Below, one piece after another: positions 1-9,555 of a stretch of 32,000 nt of DNA. The position numbers were made by a program, and so were the translations under genes. The notes beneath the pieces are model-generated. The model saw only the letters and a list, made by a program, of their open reading frames with translations, was not told the origin of the DNA and searched no databases. Position 1 is the stretch's first letter. Every line of letters starts with the position of its first letter. Source of the DNA: Prochlorococcus sp. MIT 0801 (GTDB lineage Bacteria > Cyanobacteriota > Cyanobacteriia > PCC-6307 > Cyanobiaceae); contig NZ_CP007754.1 of NCBI RefSeq assembly GCF_000757865.1, positions 240,001 through 272,000 on the forward strand, in the 5' to 3' direction.

Positions 1-658
1 CTCTTTTAGCATTATCAATTAGTTCGTTAAGATCTTTTTTGATTGCGATAATCTCATTCTTTACATGTTTTTCATCTAAAATTGGAAGATCTTCTTCAAA
101 GTCTATTCTTGCTTCAATTTCTGTTAGTTGCTCAATCAATCGTTTCCTGATGAATTGAATCGTAGTTTGAATATTTCCTTCAATTCCATTAATCGCTAGT
201 TCTGCTGCTTTTCGACTCCTTGCTGACACCAACTCACTAATTGCTTCAGCTTGAGTAAGACTAAGACGTCCATTAAGCACTGCTCGTTGACTAAACTCAC
301 CTGGTTCTGCTCTTCGAACTTTTGGGATGGTAAGTATTCTTTCTAGGATCTTCTGGACTGCAATGATTCCACCATGGCATTGAATTTCTACGACATCTTC
401 ACCTGTGAAGCTTCGCGGTCCTTTCATTATTAAAATTAATACTTCATCTATATATATTGTTTGATTTGCTTCGGTTACATGTCCATAAAGCACTTTGTGA
501 CTGCTCCAATCGTGCTTTCCAGGAATATGAACAATCGTTTTAGTTATCTCGATAGCTGATGCGCCAGAGATCCTAATGACAGCTATACTTCCTTGACCGG
601 GAGAAACGGCAGTTGCAATTGCAGCAATAGTATCTTCAGTAGGGGAAAACGAATTCAT
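1..658 (-). CDS. mnmE: tRNA modification GTPase MnmE/TrmE, N-terminal 219 codons only; the gene continues past the left window edge
   Basis: My own minus-strand translation from the ATG at 658-656 gives MNSFSPTEDTIAAIATAVSPGQGSIAVIRISG...FTGEDVVEIQCHGG...AEPGEFSQRAVLNGRLSLTQAEAISELV. This is typical of the MnmE N-terminal and helical domains. The frame stays open to position 1, and the ORF is absent from the track because no stop lies in the window. Confidence 0.9.
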   Translation of the reverse strand, partial: MNSFSPTEDTIAAIATAVSPGQGSIAVIRISGASAIEITKTIVHIPGKHDWSSHKVLYGHVTEANQTIYIDEVLILIMKGPRSFTGEDVVEIQCHGGIIAVQKILERILTIPKVRRAEPGEFSQRAVLNGRLSLTQAEAISELVSARSRKAAELAINGIEGNIQTTIQFIRKRLIEQLTEIEARIDFEEDLPILDEKHVKNEIIAIKKDLNELIDNAKR

Positions 659-728
659 TAATCAATAATCACGCAATCTTCACTAAGATCAAATTTAGTT
701 TTCTTTTTTGGACCAAGATTTTTTAAAA

Positions 729-1184
729 ATGAAAAAAATCTTTCTAAATCTAATACAAAGAATTCGTAAATTTATCTCTTGGCTCTGGAATCAGGAAGGT
801 TCTCCCTCTCAGAGAGCATTAGGGTTGGGCGTAGGGATATTTAGTGGTTGTTTCCCATTCTTTGGTTTGCAAACCTTGATGGGTGTGTTTTTAGCAAAAA
901 TTTTCAAGGGAAATAGTATTTTGGCTGCTGTTGGGACCTGGATTAGCAACCCATTGACTTATGTTCCTCTTTATTTTTTCAATTATAGACTAGGCTCTTT
1001 AATACTAAATAAAAATAAAAATATAGTAGATTTTAGCCATATAACTACAAATGAGTTGTGGTCTCAAGGTTGGTACTTGAGTTCTCGGCTGATAATGGGC
1101 TCGATATGTATGGGCCTTTTTACTGGAATCGTTGGAGGACTTGGTCTATATTTCTTGCTCAAAAAACTTTCTCATAAAATGTAA
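729..1184 (+). CDS. DUF2062-family small integral membrane protein
   Basis: The track ORF 708-1184 starts at a TTG; the in-frame ATG at 729 (MKKIFLNL...) is the more likely start. The segment RALGLGVGIFSGCFPFFGLQTLMGVFLA...GTWISNPLTYVPLYFFNY resembles DUF2062, and 3-4 hydrophobic spans are visible. Confidence 0.75.
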   Translation: MKKIFLNLIQRIRKFISWLWNQEGSPSQRALGLGVGIFSGCFPFFGLQTLMGVFLAKIFKGNSILAAVGTWISNPLTYVPLYFFNYRLGSLILNKNKNIVDFSHITTNELWSQGWYLSSRLIMGSICMGLFTGIVGGLGLYFLLKKLSHKM

Positions 1185-1241
1185 ATTTTAATATATTAGA
1201 TATCACTTTATTAAAGTCTTTGATTTAAAAAGTTAATTAAA

Positions 1242-3575
1242 TCATGTTCGAGCAATATCTAAAACATCAACCATTGAACGAATTTGATTAATAGTGATTT
1301 CTAATTGATTAACACTTTCCAGCTCAACTTTCAGGTCTATGCATGCAGGCTTTCCATGTGAAGTTTGAACTCTTGCATCGATTACATTAATACCTCTATC
1401 AGAAAGTCTCATTAATATGTCTTTAAGTACACCTACTCGGTCAATAACTTCAATCCTTAATTGAATAGGAAACTTTTCTTCTTTGATACGTGCATTTGCA
1501 TTCCACTGGACTGATAGTCTTCTGCTATTAGGTATTGATTCTAGATTGACACAATTAGTTCGATGTATGGTGATACCGTGATTGCCAAGCGCAATTGTTC
1601 CAAGTATTGCTTCTCCTGGTAGAGGACTACAACACCCCCCTAGTCGATAGTCAAGTCCCTCTAGTCCAACTATGGGTGAACATTTTGTTTGAGATAATTT
1701 AGATTTATTTGAAGCTAAATTTGCTTGTGCTCCAATTTGGTTTGCTAGCTCGATATCACTTAATTCGGTCTCAGGTACTTGGTTTAGTATTTTTATTTCT
1801 TCTCTGAATCTATTCATTACTTGATGTAAGGTTAAGGCCCCAAACCCAAGTGCAGCTAATAAATCATCCGCAGACTTTAGATTACATCTTTCCGCAACTT
1901 TTGTTATCGCATTGCCTTTAAGTAAATTATCAATTCCTTTACGACCAAATTCTTGTTCTAATAATTCCTTCCCTCTTGATATTGTTTCTTGACGATGACT
2001 TTTTTTATACCATTGTCTAATGCGATTCCTAGCTGTGGGTGTCGCAACATAATTTAACCAATCTAAGCTTGGATGAGAACTCTTATGAGTGAGAATTTCT
2101 ACAAAATCTCCATTTTCAAGAGGTGTTGACAGCACACATAGACGGTCATTAATTCTAGCCCCATTGCAATGATTTCCTACTTCAGAGTGAATGCGATAAG
2201 CGAAATCGATTGCTGTTGAACCATTCCTTAATCCCAAGACATCTCCTTTTGGAGTGAAAACAAATACTTCCTCGTCAAATAAATCTTCTTTAATTGATGC
2301 TAAGTAGTCATTATGATCATTAACACCATCTTCTTGTTGCCATTCAACTAATTGACGCAACCAATTAAATTTTTCTGAATCAGGATTTGCTGGAGACCCT
2401 CCTTCCTTATATTTCCAGTGAGCTGCAATTCCAAATTCTGAAACTCTATGCATTTCTGGAGTTCTAATTTGTACTTCGATAGGTCTGTGCCTGCCAATTA
2501 CAGCTGTATGAAGGGATTGATAGCCATTTGGTTTTGGAAGGCCTATGTAATCCTTGAAGCGTCCAGGTATTGGTCTGAATGTATCATGTACAACGGCAAG
2601 GGCTCGATAACATGTCTCGACGTCTGAGACAATAATTCTTAGAGCAGCTACATCAAAAATTTCATGAAACTCTTTTTGTTGTCTTTGCATTTTGCTCCAA
2701 ATTCCATATAAATGCTTTGGTCTACCACTTACTTCACATTGATGAAGTCCTGCGGAGTTCAAACGATCTTTCAGTAATTGAACAGTTGTATTCAATCTCT
2801 CCTCTCTTTCACTACGCTTACTAGCTATCTGTTGTTGAATTTCGCGGAAGGGATCCGGTTCTAAAAGTTTAAATGCTAAGTCTTCTAATTCCCATTTTAA
2901 ACGTCCTATCCCTAGGCGGTTCGCAAGTGGAGCATAAATCTCTCTTGTTTCTTTAGCTATTCGAGTTTGCTTTTCTTCTGCTAGGTAACTAATAGTACGC
3001 ATATTGTGAAGTCTATCTGCAAGCTTGACTAGTACAACTCGAATATCGCTAGCCATCGCTAGAAACATTTTACGTAGGTTTTCGGCTTGAGCTTCTGTCC
3101 GATTGTTAAAATGGATTCCGCCTAATTTAGTCACACCTTCAACTAAATATCTAACTTCACTACCAAAATAACCCTCGAGTTGTTCTGGTGTGATGTCTGT
3201 ATCTTCGACGACGTCATGCAAAAAACCTGCTGCTATTACGCTAGCACTTGCACCAATTTCTCTTAATAAGTCAGCTACTGCAACTGGATGGGTTATGTAG
3301 GGCTCACCACTTTTTCTGAATTGTCCTTTGTGTAATTGATATGCAAGATCAAAAGCAGCAACTAAAAGCGCTTCAGAATCTCTTGGGCAACTTGCGCCTA
3401 TTCCCGGTGGTATATTTTTAATGCAATTTTTTAACCATTCTGGCAAAATAATTTCATAATCATCAATTTCTTTAATCTGATGAGTTCTAAGTTGTGGCTG
3501 GCCATCAAAAAATTCATCACAGACCGAATTTGTCTGGTTTGAATTTTGTGCAGAGGTGACTTTTGGCATAAGCAC
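1242..3575 (-). CDS. spoT: Bifunctional (p)ppGpp synthetase/hydrolase, RelA/SpoT homolog
   Basis: 777 aa. HD hydrolase motif HDVVEDT; synthetase motifs RFKDYIGLPKPNGYQSLHT and EVQIRT; TGS-like segment VFVFTPKGDV; C-terminal ACT-like segment IEVIDRVGVLKDIL. Confidence 0.95.
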   Translation of the reverse strand: MLMPKVTSAQNSNQTNSVCDEFFDGQPQLRTHQIKEIDDYEIILPEWLKNCIKNIPPGIGASCPRDSEALLVAAFDLAYQLHKGQFRKSGEPYITHPVAVADLLREIGASASVIAAGFLHDVVEDTDITPEQLEGYFGSEVRYLVEGVTKLGGIHFNNRTEAQAENLRKMFLAMASDIRVVLVKLADRLHNMRTISYLAEEKQTRIAKETREIYAPLANRLGIGRLKWELEDLAFKLLEPDPFREIQQQIASKRSEREERLNTTVQLLKDRLNSAGLHQCEVSGRPKHLYGIWSKMQRQQKEFHEIFDVAALRIIVSDVETCYRALAVVHDTFRPIPGRFKDYIGLPKPNGYQSLHTAVIGRHRPIEVQIRTPEMHRVSEFGIAAHWKYKEGGSPANPDSEKFNWLRQLVEWQQEDGVNDHNDYLASIKEDLFDEEVFVFTPKGDVLGLRNGSTAIDFAYRIHSEVGNHCNGARINDRLCVLSTPLENGDFVEILTHKSSHPSLDWLNYVATPTARNRIRQWYKKSHRQETISRGKELLEQEFGRKGIDNLLKGNAITKVAERCNLKSADDLLAALGFGALTLHQVMNRFREEIKILNQVPETELSDIELANQIGAQANLASNKSKLSQTKCSPIVGLEGLDYRLGGCCSPLPGEAILGTIALGNHGITIHRTNCVNLESIPNSRRLSVQWNANARIKEEKFPIQLRIEVIDRVGVLKDILMRLSDRGINVIDARVQTSHGKPACIDLKVELESVNQLEITINQIRSMVDVLDIART

Positions 3576-3624
3576 CGACGCTTAATTTATTTTATTCAAA
3601 CTCAACATTTCCTGCTACCTTTTT

Positions 3625-5229
3625 ATGAAAAATTGCTCAAAAGAAGTTTTAAAGATAAATAAACTTAATGCTATTTATCCAAATAATACTACTTACGTAT
3701 TAAACGGATTAGATCTGAAGATGAAACGTGGCGAGAGTCTTGCATTAGTTGGTAGTTCTGGCTGTGGAAAAAGTACTGTTGCTAGGGCTATAATTCAGCT
3801 TCTTCCGAATGGATGTGTTTGTGATGGTGAGATTTTTTTAAATGGAAAAAATGTATTAAAACTAGAAGAGGATTCTTTGCAAACTATTCGGGGGCAAGAG
3901 GTTGGATTGATATTTCAGGATCCAATGTCACGTTTAAATCCTTTAATGACTGTTGGTGATCATTTGGTGGATACTTTTAGCGCTCATGATAACTCTGAAC
4001 CAATTTATAACTTAGTAAAAAAAGCTAAAAGCTTATTAGAAAAAGTTGGAATAGATCCTATAAGATTTAACTCTTTTCCACATGAATTTAGTGGAGGAAT
4101 GCGACAACGTATTGCAATTGCTTTGGCAATTTGTTTAAGACCTCCTTTGATAATTGCTGATGAACCTACGACTAGTTTGGATACAATAATTGCTGATCAA
4201 ATCATGAGTGAATTGAGTTTACTTTGTGATGAAATTGGGTCTGCTTTGCTATTGATAACTCATGATTTAGCGATGGCATATAAATGGTGTAATAAAATCG
4301 CAATACTTGATTATGGGCAAATAGTAGAATCTGGAAATATTAAAGAGATAGTTGGTAATCCAAAAACTGATATTGCTCAGAGATTAGTTAATTCAGGAAG
4401 AATTTTAGAGGGATCTGAGAGAGAAATATTGACTAAAAGAAGTTCATTATTGAGAGTCAATAGATTAAGGTGCTGGCATAATTCAGGCTTTTGGCCCTTC
4501 AATTCTTTTTGGTTGAAAGCGGTTAATGAAGTTACCTTTTCTCTGTATGAAGGAGAAACTCTTGGTATCGTAGGCCCATCGGGTTGTGGTAAGAGTACTC
4601 TATGTAGAGCTTTGACCGGTTTATTGCCTATAAGAGGTGGAAGTGTTTTTTTCCTTGGTAAGAAGATTTCAACAATCAATAGGAAATCTTTAAAACAATT
4701 ACGTAAATATATTCAAATTATTTTTCAAGATCCTTCTGCTTCTTTGAATCCTAAGATGACAGTAATGGATGCAATTATGGATCCAATTCTTATCCATAAA
4801 TTGTTAAGTCCATCTCAAGCCAGAGAAAAAGCTCGTGATCTTTTAGAACTTGTTGGTTTAATGCCTACAGTAATGTATGAACAACGTTTACCTTTTCAAC
4901 TTTCAGGCGGACAACAGCAAAGAGTAGCTATTGCAAGAGCACTTGCACTTAATCCTAAAATACTTATTTGTGATGAAAGTGTGAGTATGTTAGATGCAGA
5001 AATTCAAGCAGAAGTTTTGGAGTTACTACGCTCTTTGCAAGAAAATCTAAAACTATCTATGTTATTCATAACTCATGATTTATCAGTTGCGGCAGGCTTT
5101 TGTCACAGAGTATTAGTGTTGGATAAGGGACAAATTATTGAAGAGAATTTTGGTAACAATTTGTTAAATTATCCTCAAAAATATCTAACAAAAAAAATGG
5201 TAGAAGCCTGTCCTAGAATTCCAAAGTAG
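3625..5229 (+). CDS. ABC transporter ATP-binding protein with two fused ATPase cassettes (OppD/OppF, YejF-like)
   Basis: 534 aa. Two Walker A motifs (GSSGCGKST, GPSGCGKST), two ABC signatures (FSGGMRQR, LSGGQQQR) and two Walker B motifs (LIIADEPTT, ILICDESVS). Confidence 0.9.
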   Translation: MKNCSKEVLKINKLNAIYPNNTTYVLNGLDLKMKRGESLALVGSSGCGKSTVARAIIQLLPNGCVCDGEIFLNGKNVLKLEEDSLQTIRGQEVGLIFQDPMSRLNPLMTVGDHLVDTFSAHDNSEPIYNLVKKAKSLLEKVGIDPIRFNSFPHEFSGGMRQRIAIALAICLRPPLIIADEPTTSLDTIIADQIMSELSLLCDEIGSALLLITHDLAMAYKWCNKIAILDYGQIVESGNIKEIVGNPKTDIAQRLVNSGRILEGSEREILTKRSSLLRVNRLRCWHNSGFWPFNSFWLKAVNEVTFSLYEGETLGIVGPSGCGKSTLCRALTGLLPIRGGSVFFLGKKISTINRKSLKQLRKYIQIIFQDPSASLNPKMTVMDAIMDPILIHKLLSPSQAREKARDLLELVGLMPTVMYEQRLPFQLSGGQQQRVAIARALALNPKILICDESVSMLDAEIQAEVLELLRSLQENLKLSMLFITHDLSVAAGFCHRVLVLDKGQIIEENFGNNLLNYPQKYLTKKMVEACPRIPK

Positions 5230-6193
5230 TATTATGTTTAGGTTGTAATACTTTTATAAGTCTTTCAAAATCTTTAGGCAATGGAGCTGTGAATTTCATT
5301 TTCTCTAATGTCATTGGGTGTATTAAACCCAATTCAATTGCATGTAATGCTTGGCCACCAAGTTTAATGGGTAATTTTTTACATCTACTATAAGTTTTGT
5401 CTCCAATAATAGGATGACCAATGTGTGCACTATGAACACGAATTTGATGTGTTCTACCTGTATCCAGTTTGAATTTAAGAAGAGAAAAATTTCCTATATT
5501 TTTAATTAATTTCCAATGTGTACAAGCATATCTACCAGATTCCTCATCAACAACAGCATATTTTTTTCTATCTTTTGGATGTCGGCCAATACAGCCGACA
5601 ATCATGCCTTCATTATCTTTAATAGCTCCATGAACAACAGCAATATAATTTCTTGAGGCTACTCTTTTTTGTATTTGAATTTGCAGCTTAACTAAGGCTT
5701 CTTGCGTCTTTGCTACGACAATGCATCCAGTTGTGTCTTTATCTAAACGATGAACTATTCCAGGTCTTAATTTACCTCCAATGCCAGGTAAGTTTGGGCA
5801 ATGATGGATTAATCCATTGACTAAAGTTCCTGATTTATTTCCTGGTGCAGGATGAACTGCTATTCCTGCTGTTTTATTAATGACTATTAGATGATCATCT
5901 TCATACAAAATATCTAAATCAATTTCTTCTGGCTTTAAATAAGGAAGAGGCTCGGGTGGTGGAACCCAAAGTTGAATTATGTCACCTGGCCTAATGGGAG
6001 TTTTTGCTTTTCCAGTCTTACCATTAACTCTTGCGAACCCCGCTTCAATGAATTTCTGAATATGAGCTCTACTTTGTTCGGCCCGTTGACTTACTAGCCA
6101 TCTATCAAGCCTCATAGGCAAAGGTTTCTTATATTCACCTTCAAATAATTCACCTGGGCCCTGCCCAAATTCATGCTTGATTTCTTTATCCAT
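5213..6193 (-). CDS. rluD: 23S rRNA pseudouridine synthase, RluA/RluD family
   Basis: 326 aa. S4-like N-terminal region (RLDRWLV), catalytic-Asp motif HRLDKDTTGCIVVAK and GRTHQIRVH. Confidence 0.9.
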   Translation of the reverse strand: MDKEIKHEFGQGPGELFEGEYKKPLPMRLDRWLVSQRAEQSRAHIQKFIEAGFARVNGKTGKAKTPIRPGDIIQLWVPPPEPLPYLKPEEIDLDILYEDDHLIVINKTAGIAVHPAPGNKSGTLVNGLIHHCPNLPGIGGKLRPGIVHRLDKDTTGCIVVAKTQEALVKLQIQIQKRVASRNYIAVVHGAIKDNEGMIVGCIGRHPKDRKKYAVVDEESGRYACTHWKLIKNIGNFSLLKFKLDTGRTHQIRVHSAHIGHPIIGDKTYSRCKKLPIKLGGQALHAIELGLIHPMTLEKMKFTAPLPKDFERLIKVLQPKHNTTLEF

Positions 6194-7056
6194 TAGGGGA
6201 GTTCAAGAGAGATATTCCCCAATAAATTTTTGCGAAAATCATCAAGTAATCTTTGAGACATTCTTAGAGTATCTCCGGAAGTGTGACGTTCTGCTGCTGA
6301 AAGTAGCCATGAATATTCGTCTTTAATTGTTTCATTGACAAGTATTCCATATCTGTTTTGAAGACACCTTGACTTGATTCCCGCTTCTTGAATGTTTTCT
6401 AATCTCTCAAGAAGTTTCATAAGGCTAATGGCGACCTGTTCAGTATCGTATGCGGCCTGACCAATATCATCACAAATAGCCAGTTTTAATGCGGCATTTT
6501 GATCTTCGAATCTAGGCGGAAGAACTCCAGGAGCATCCAATAGATCTAGATCTTGTCCCAATCTTACCCATCGCAAACTTCTGGTGACCCCAGGTTTTCT
6601 TGAGCTAGATACAACTTTTTTTTTAACTAGTCTGTTAATGAGAGCAGATTTTCCTACATTTGGGAAACCAAGAGTTAGAACTCTAATTGCACGGTTTTTC
6701 ATCCCTCGGTCAAGACGCCTTTGATTTAACTCTTGCCCAGCACGAATAGCGGCCTGTTTTATTTGGAGAACGCCTGTACCAGCTTTTGCATCACACCACC
6801 ATGGGACTTTGCCCTCTGATCTTAGTTTTTTATCCCATGCATGATAGGCATCAACATTGATCATGTCTTTTCTATTAAGAATTAATATTTGCTTCTTTCC
6901 TTTTAACCATTTTTGGAGATATGGGTGAGAAGTGGCAAGTGGTATTCTTGCGTCTCGCACTTCGAAAACTAGATCAACTTTATTTAGATGCGCTTTTAAT
7001 TGTTTTTCTGCTTTAGCAATATGCCCTGGATACCATTGTATGATTTGCTTGTTCAC
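6193..7056 (-). CDS. rbgA: Ribosome biogenesis GTPase A (YlqF/RbgA), circularly permuted GTPase
   Basis: 287 aa. Motif order is G4 (NRKD), then G1 (GFPNVGKSALINRL), then G3 (DAPG). The N-terminus QWYPGHIAKA is typical of YlqF. Confidence 0.9.
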   Translation of the reverse strand: MNKQIIQWYPGHIAKAEKQLKAHLNKVDLVFEVRDARIPLATSHPYLQKWLKGKKQILILNRKDMINVDAYHAWDKKLRSEGKVPWWCDAKAGTGVLQIKQAAIRAGQELNQRRLDRGMKNRAIRVLTLGFPNVGKSALINRLVKKKVVSSSRKPGVTRSLRWVRLGQDLDLLDAPGVLPPRFEDQNAALKLAICDDIGQAAYDTEQVAISLMKLLERLENIQEAGIKSRCLQNRYGILVNETIKDEYSWLLSAAERHTSGDTLRMSQRLLDDFRKNLLGNISLELP

Positions 7057-7536
7057 GGAATTTAAAAAATAATTTGGTTGAAATTGATTAATCTAAAAAT
7101 TGTAAAAGTTGATTTATGATTTATTTTGGAAGTGTAGTTTTCAAAATCCTAAGTTCAACTTATCATCTGAAAAGATTAAATAAGTTGATAATAATAATGG
7201 AATGATTCATAATATCCTGAAGAGACTTAAATTTTATTGATCAATCTAAATTGATAGAATTACAATATTTAATAACCTGCCAATAGAAAAAACTTTCTCA
7301 TTTTGCCAGATTAAAACAAAATAGATATCTAGCTTTACATTGCAAGTTTATTTTATCAGTAACAGCAGGTAGTTTGAAGAGTGATTAATTTTTTTCAGTA
7401 TGGATTTTTAATATTTGGAAACCCGTTTTTCGGTTTTCAAGGGGTTATGCAGATTTTTTCTATGTCTTAGTAATTACCCAATTGGTGCCTTTAAAGAGCT
7501 ATGGTCACTCAGTTTACTTTCTGAATCCCATACATT

Positions 7537-8745
7537 ATGTCTAAGCGTTCCCTGTCAAGTCTCGGCGCTGAAGACTTATGCGGCAAACGTGTTTTAGTGA
7601 GAGTTGATTTTAATGTCCCATTAGGAGATGAGGGGCAAATAACTGACGACACAAGAATTCGTGCTGCTTTACCAACTATTAATGACCTCTTAGAGAAGAG
7701 TGCAAGAGTAATTCTTTCCGCTCATTTTGGGAGACCAAAGGGAGAGGTTAATGAAACAATGCGTTTGACTGCTGTTGCTCAAAGACTTAGTGAATTGCTT
7801 GGAAAAACAGTTATTAAAACTGACAGTTGTATAGGAGTAGAAGCTAAGTCAAAAGTTGATGCTATGTCTAACGGTGATGTTGTCCTTTTGGAAAATGTTC
7901 GATTTATTTCTGGTGAAGAAAAAAACGATACTGAATTTGCAAAAGAATTAGCTTCTTTGGCAGAAGTCTATGTAAATGATGCTTTTGGAGCTGCCCATCG
8001 TGCACATGCTTCAACTGAAGGAGTTACAAAGTTCTTAAATCCTTGCGTGGCTGGCTATTTAATGGAAAAAGAACTGAAGTACCTTCAAGGAGCTATCGAT
8101 CAACCTAAAAGTCCCTTAGCAGCAATAGTTGGAGGTTCAAAAGTTAGTAGTAAGATAGGTGTCTTAGAATCTTTAATTGATAAATGCGACAAGATAATCG
8201 TTGGTGGAGGGATGATATTTACTTTTTATAAGGCTAGAGGATTATCGGTTGGTAATAGTCTTGTAGAAGAAGATAAGCTTGAATTAGCTAGTGCTTTGGA
8301 GAAGAAAGCAAAAGATAAAGGTGTTGAGTTTCTTTTGCCAAGTGATGTTGTGTTGGCTGATAATTTTTCTCCTGATGCAAATAGTAAACTTTCAAAAGTA
8401 GATGCTATTAGTGAAGGTTGGATGGGATTGGATATTGGTTCAGAATCAGTTGAACTTTTTCAGAATGCTTTGAAAGATTGCAAAACGGTTATTTGGAATG
8501 GACCGATGGGTGTCTTTGAATTTGAGAAATTTGCAAAAGGAACAAATGCAATCGCAAATACTTTGGCTGAATTAAGTGCTCAAGGATGTTGCACAATTAT
8601 TGGAGGTGGAGATTCAGTGGCAGCAGTTGAGAAGGCAGGTTTAGCGAAAAACATGTCTCATATCTCAACTGGGGGTGGCGCAAGCCTTGAACTTTTGGAA
8701 GGGAAAGTGCTTCCTGGAGTTGCTGCTCTAGATGATGCTAAATAA
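7537..8745 (+). CDS. pgk: Phosphoglycerate kinase
   Basis: 402 aa. Motifs [15 protein letters not shown] and GGGDSVAAV. Full-length match to the Pgk architecture. Confidence 0.97.
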   Translation: MSKRSLSSLGAEDLCGKRVLVRVDFNVPLGDEGQITDDTRIRAALPTINDLLEKSARVILSAHFGRPKGEVNETMRLTAVAQRLSELLGKTVIKTDSCIGVEAKSKVDAMSNGDVVLLENVRFISGEEKNDTEFAKELASLAEVYVNDAFGAAHRAHASTEGVTKFLNPCVAGYLMEKELKYLQGAIDQPKSPLAAIVGGSKVSSKIGVLESLIDKCDKIIVGGGMIFTFYKARGLSVGNSLVEEDKLELASALEKKAKDKGVEFLLPSDVVLADNFSPDANSKLSKVDAISEGWMGLDIGSESVELFQNALKDCKTVIWNGPMGVFEFEKFAKGTNAIANTLAELSAQGCCTIIGGGDSVAAVEKAGLAKNMSHISTGGGASLELLEGKVLPGVAALDDAK

Positions 8746-8770
8746 TTTAAATTTAATTTGCTAATTGATA

Positions 8771-8805
8771 AAAGTAGGTTTTATGAACCTACTTTTATTT
8801 TTTTT
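8771..8805 (+). terminator. Rho-independent terminator of pgk
   Basis: Perfect 10-bp stem: aaagtaggtt (8771-8780) pairs with aacctacttt (8786-8795), with loop ttatg. It is followed by tatttttttt (8796-8805). It overlaps the last codons of the convergent ORF 8781-9500. Confidence 0.65.
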
Positions 8806-9500
8806 GTAAAGGAATAAATCCCTTCTGGATGAGTAATTATTGCTGAAATAATTTGAGAACCAGGTTCTAATGGTGCTTGAATATATTTAAATAGACCACC
8901 TGATTGATTAGGCATAATACTAAACAGATCATTCGATAGATTCATTTTCTGATTATTTTTAAGTATAATCATTCCACCAGCTGTTAGTGAATTATCTAAC
9001 GGTTTTTCAATAATTAAATTTATTTCATATCTTTCGCCAGTAAGAACTTTATCTGGAGAAATTATTTTTACAATTAGTGGAGATTCCTTACTACTAAGAA
9101 TTGATTCTTCATCGATAACCTTATAATTTTCTATTTTATTTTTGTAAGTTTTAATTTCAACAGTTTGTTTAGTATATAGATTATAGATTTTATCTCCAAT
9201 TGTTCTAGTAGATTTAATTTTTACATCTAGAAGTGAATTTGTTGAATCATTTCTAATCATTTTGATTGACCATTTTGAATCTTTGTATTTGTTTCTAAAA
9301 GCTAAAGAGTGTTTATTAAATTTATAGTATGATTGTTTTGAAAATAGGTCTTTCAGTAAATTATCCTTTCGCTCGTTAAGGATTTCCTCTAATTTATTGC
9401 TTAATAACTGATTATTTATATTTTGGCTTAAAGCACAATTGATCAATAGTGGATGTAGGAATAAAAAACCTATTAATTTGGTTGTCAGTGAATTTCTCAC
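8781..9500 (-). CDS. Hypothetical exported protein (N-terminal signal peptide), N/K/I-rich
   Basis: 239-aa ORF with a GTG start. The hydrophobic N-terminus KLIGFLFLHPLLINCALS is followed by a polar mature region. I recognise no catalytic motif. The ORF is much longer than expected by chance in AT-rich DNA. Confidence 0.6.
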   Translation of the reverse strand: MRNSLTTKLIGFLFLHPLLINCALSQNINNQLLSNKLEEILNERKDNLLKDLFSKQSYYKFNKHSLAFRNKYKDSKWSIKMIRNDSTNSLLDVKIKSTRTIGDKIYNLYTKQTVEIKTYKNKIENYKVIDEESILSSKESPLIVKIISPDKVLTGERYEINLIIEKPLDNSLTAGGMIILKNNQKMNLSNDLFSIMPNQSGGLFKYIQAPLEPGSQIISAIITHPEGIYSFTKKIKVGS

Positions 9501-9555
9501 GCCTACCTTTTTTACTCAATATAACTTACCCTCAATAGGTAAGGTTATTTAATTT

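Noticed and set aside
7417-7445. Hairpin ggaaacccgtttttcggttttcaagg as a possible sRNA terminator.
   Set aside because: Only about 5 bp pair (aaacc/ggttt) around an 8-nt loop, with no clean U-tract beyond the stem. It is too weak to call a terminator and is mentioned only within the long-intergenic finding.
7415-7597. 60-aa plus-strand ORF spanning the pgk start.
   Set aside because: It starts at a TTG, runs into pgk in another frame, and is Cys/Leu/Phe-rich with no signal of function. It is most likely 5'-UTR sequence of pgk.
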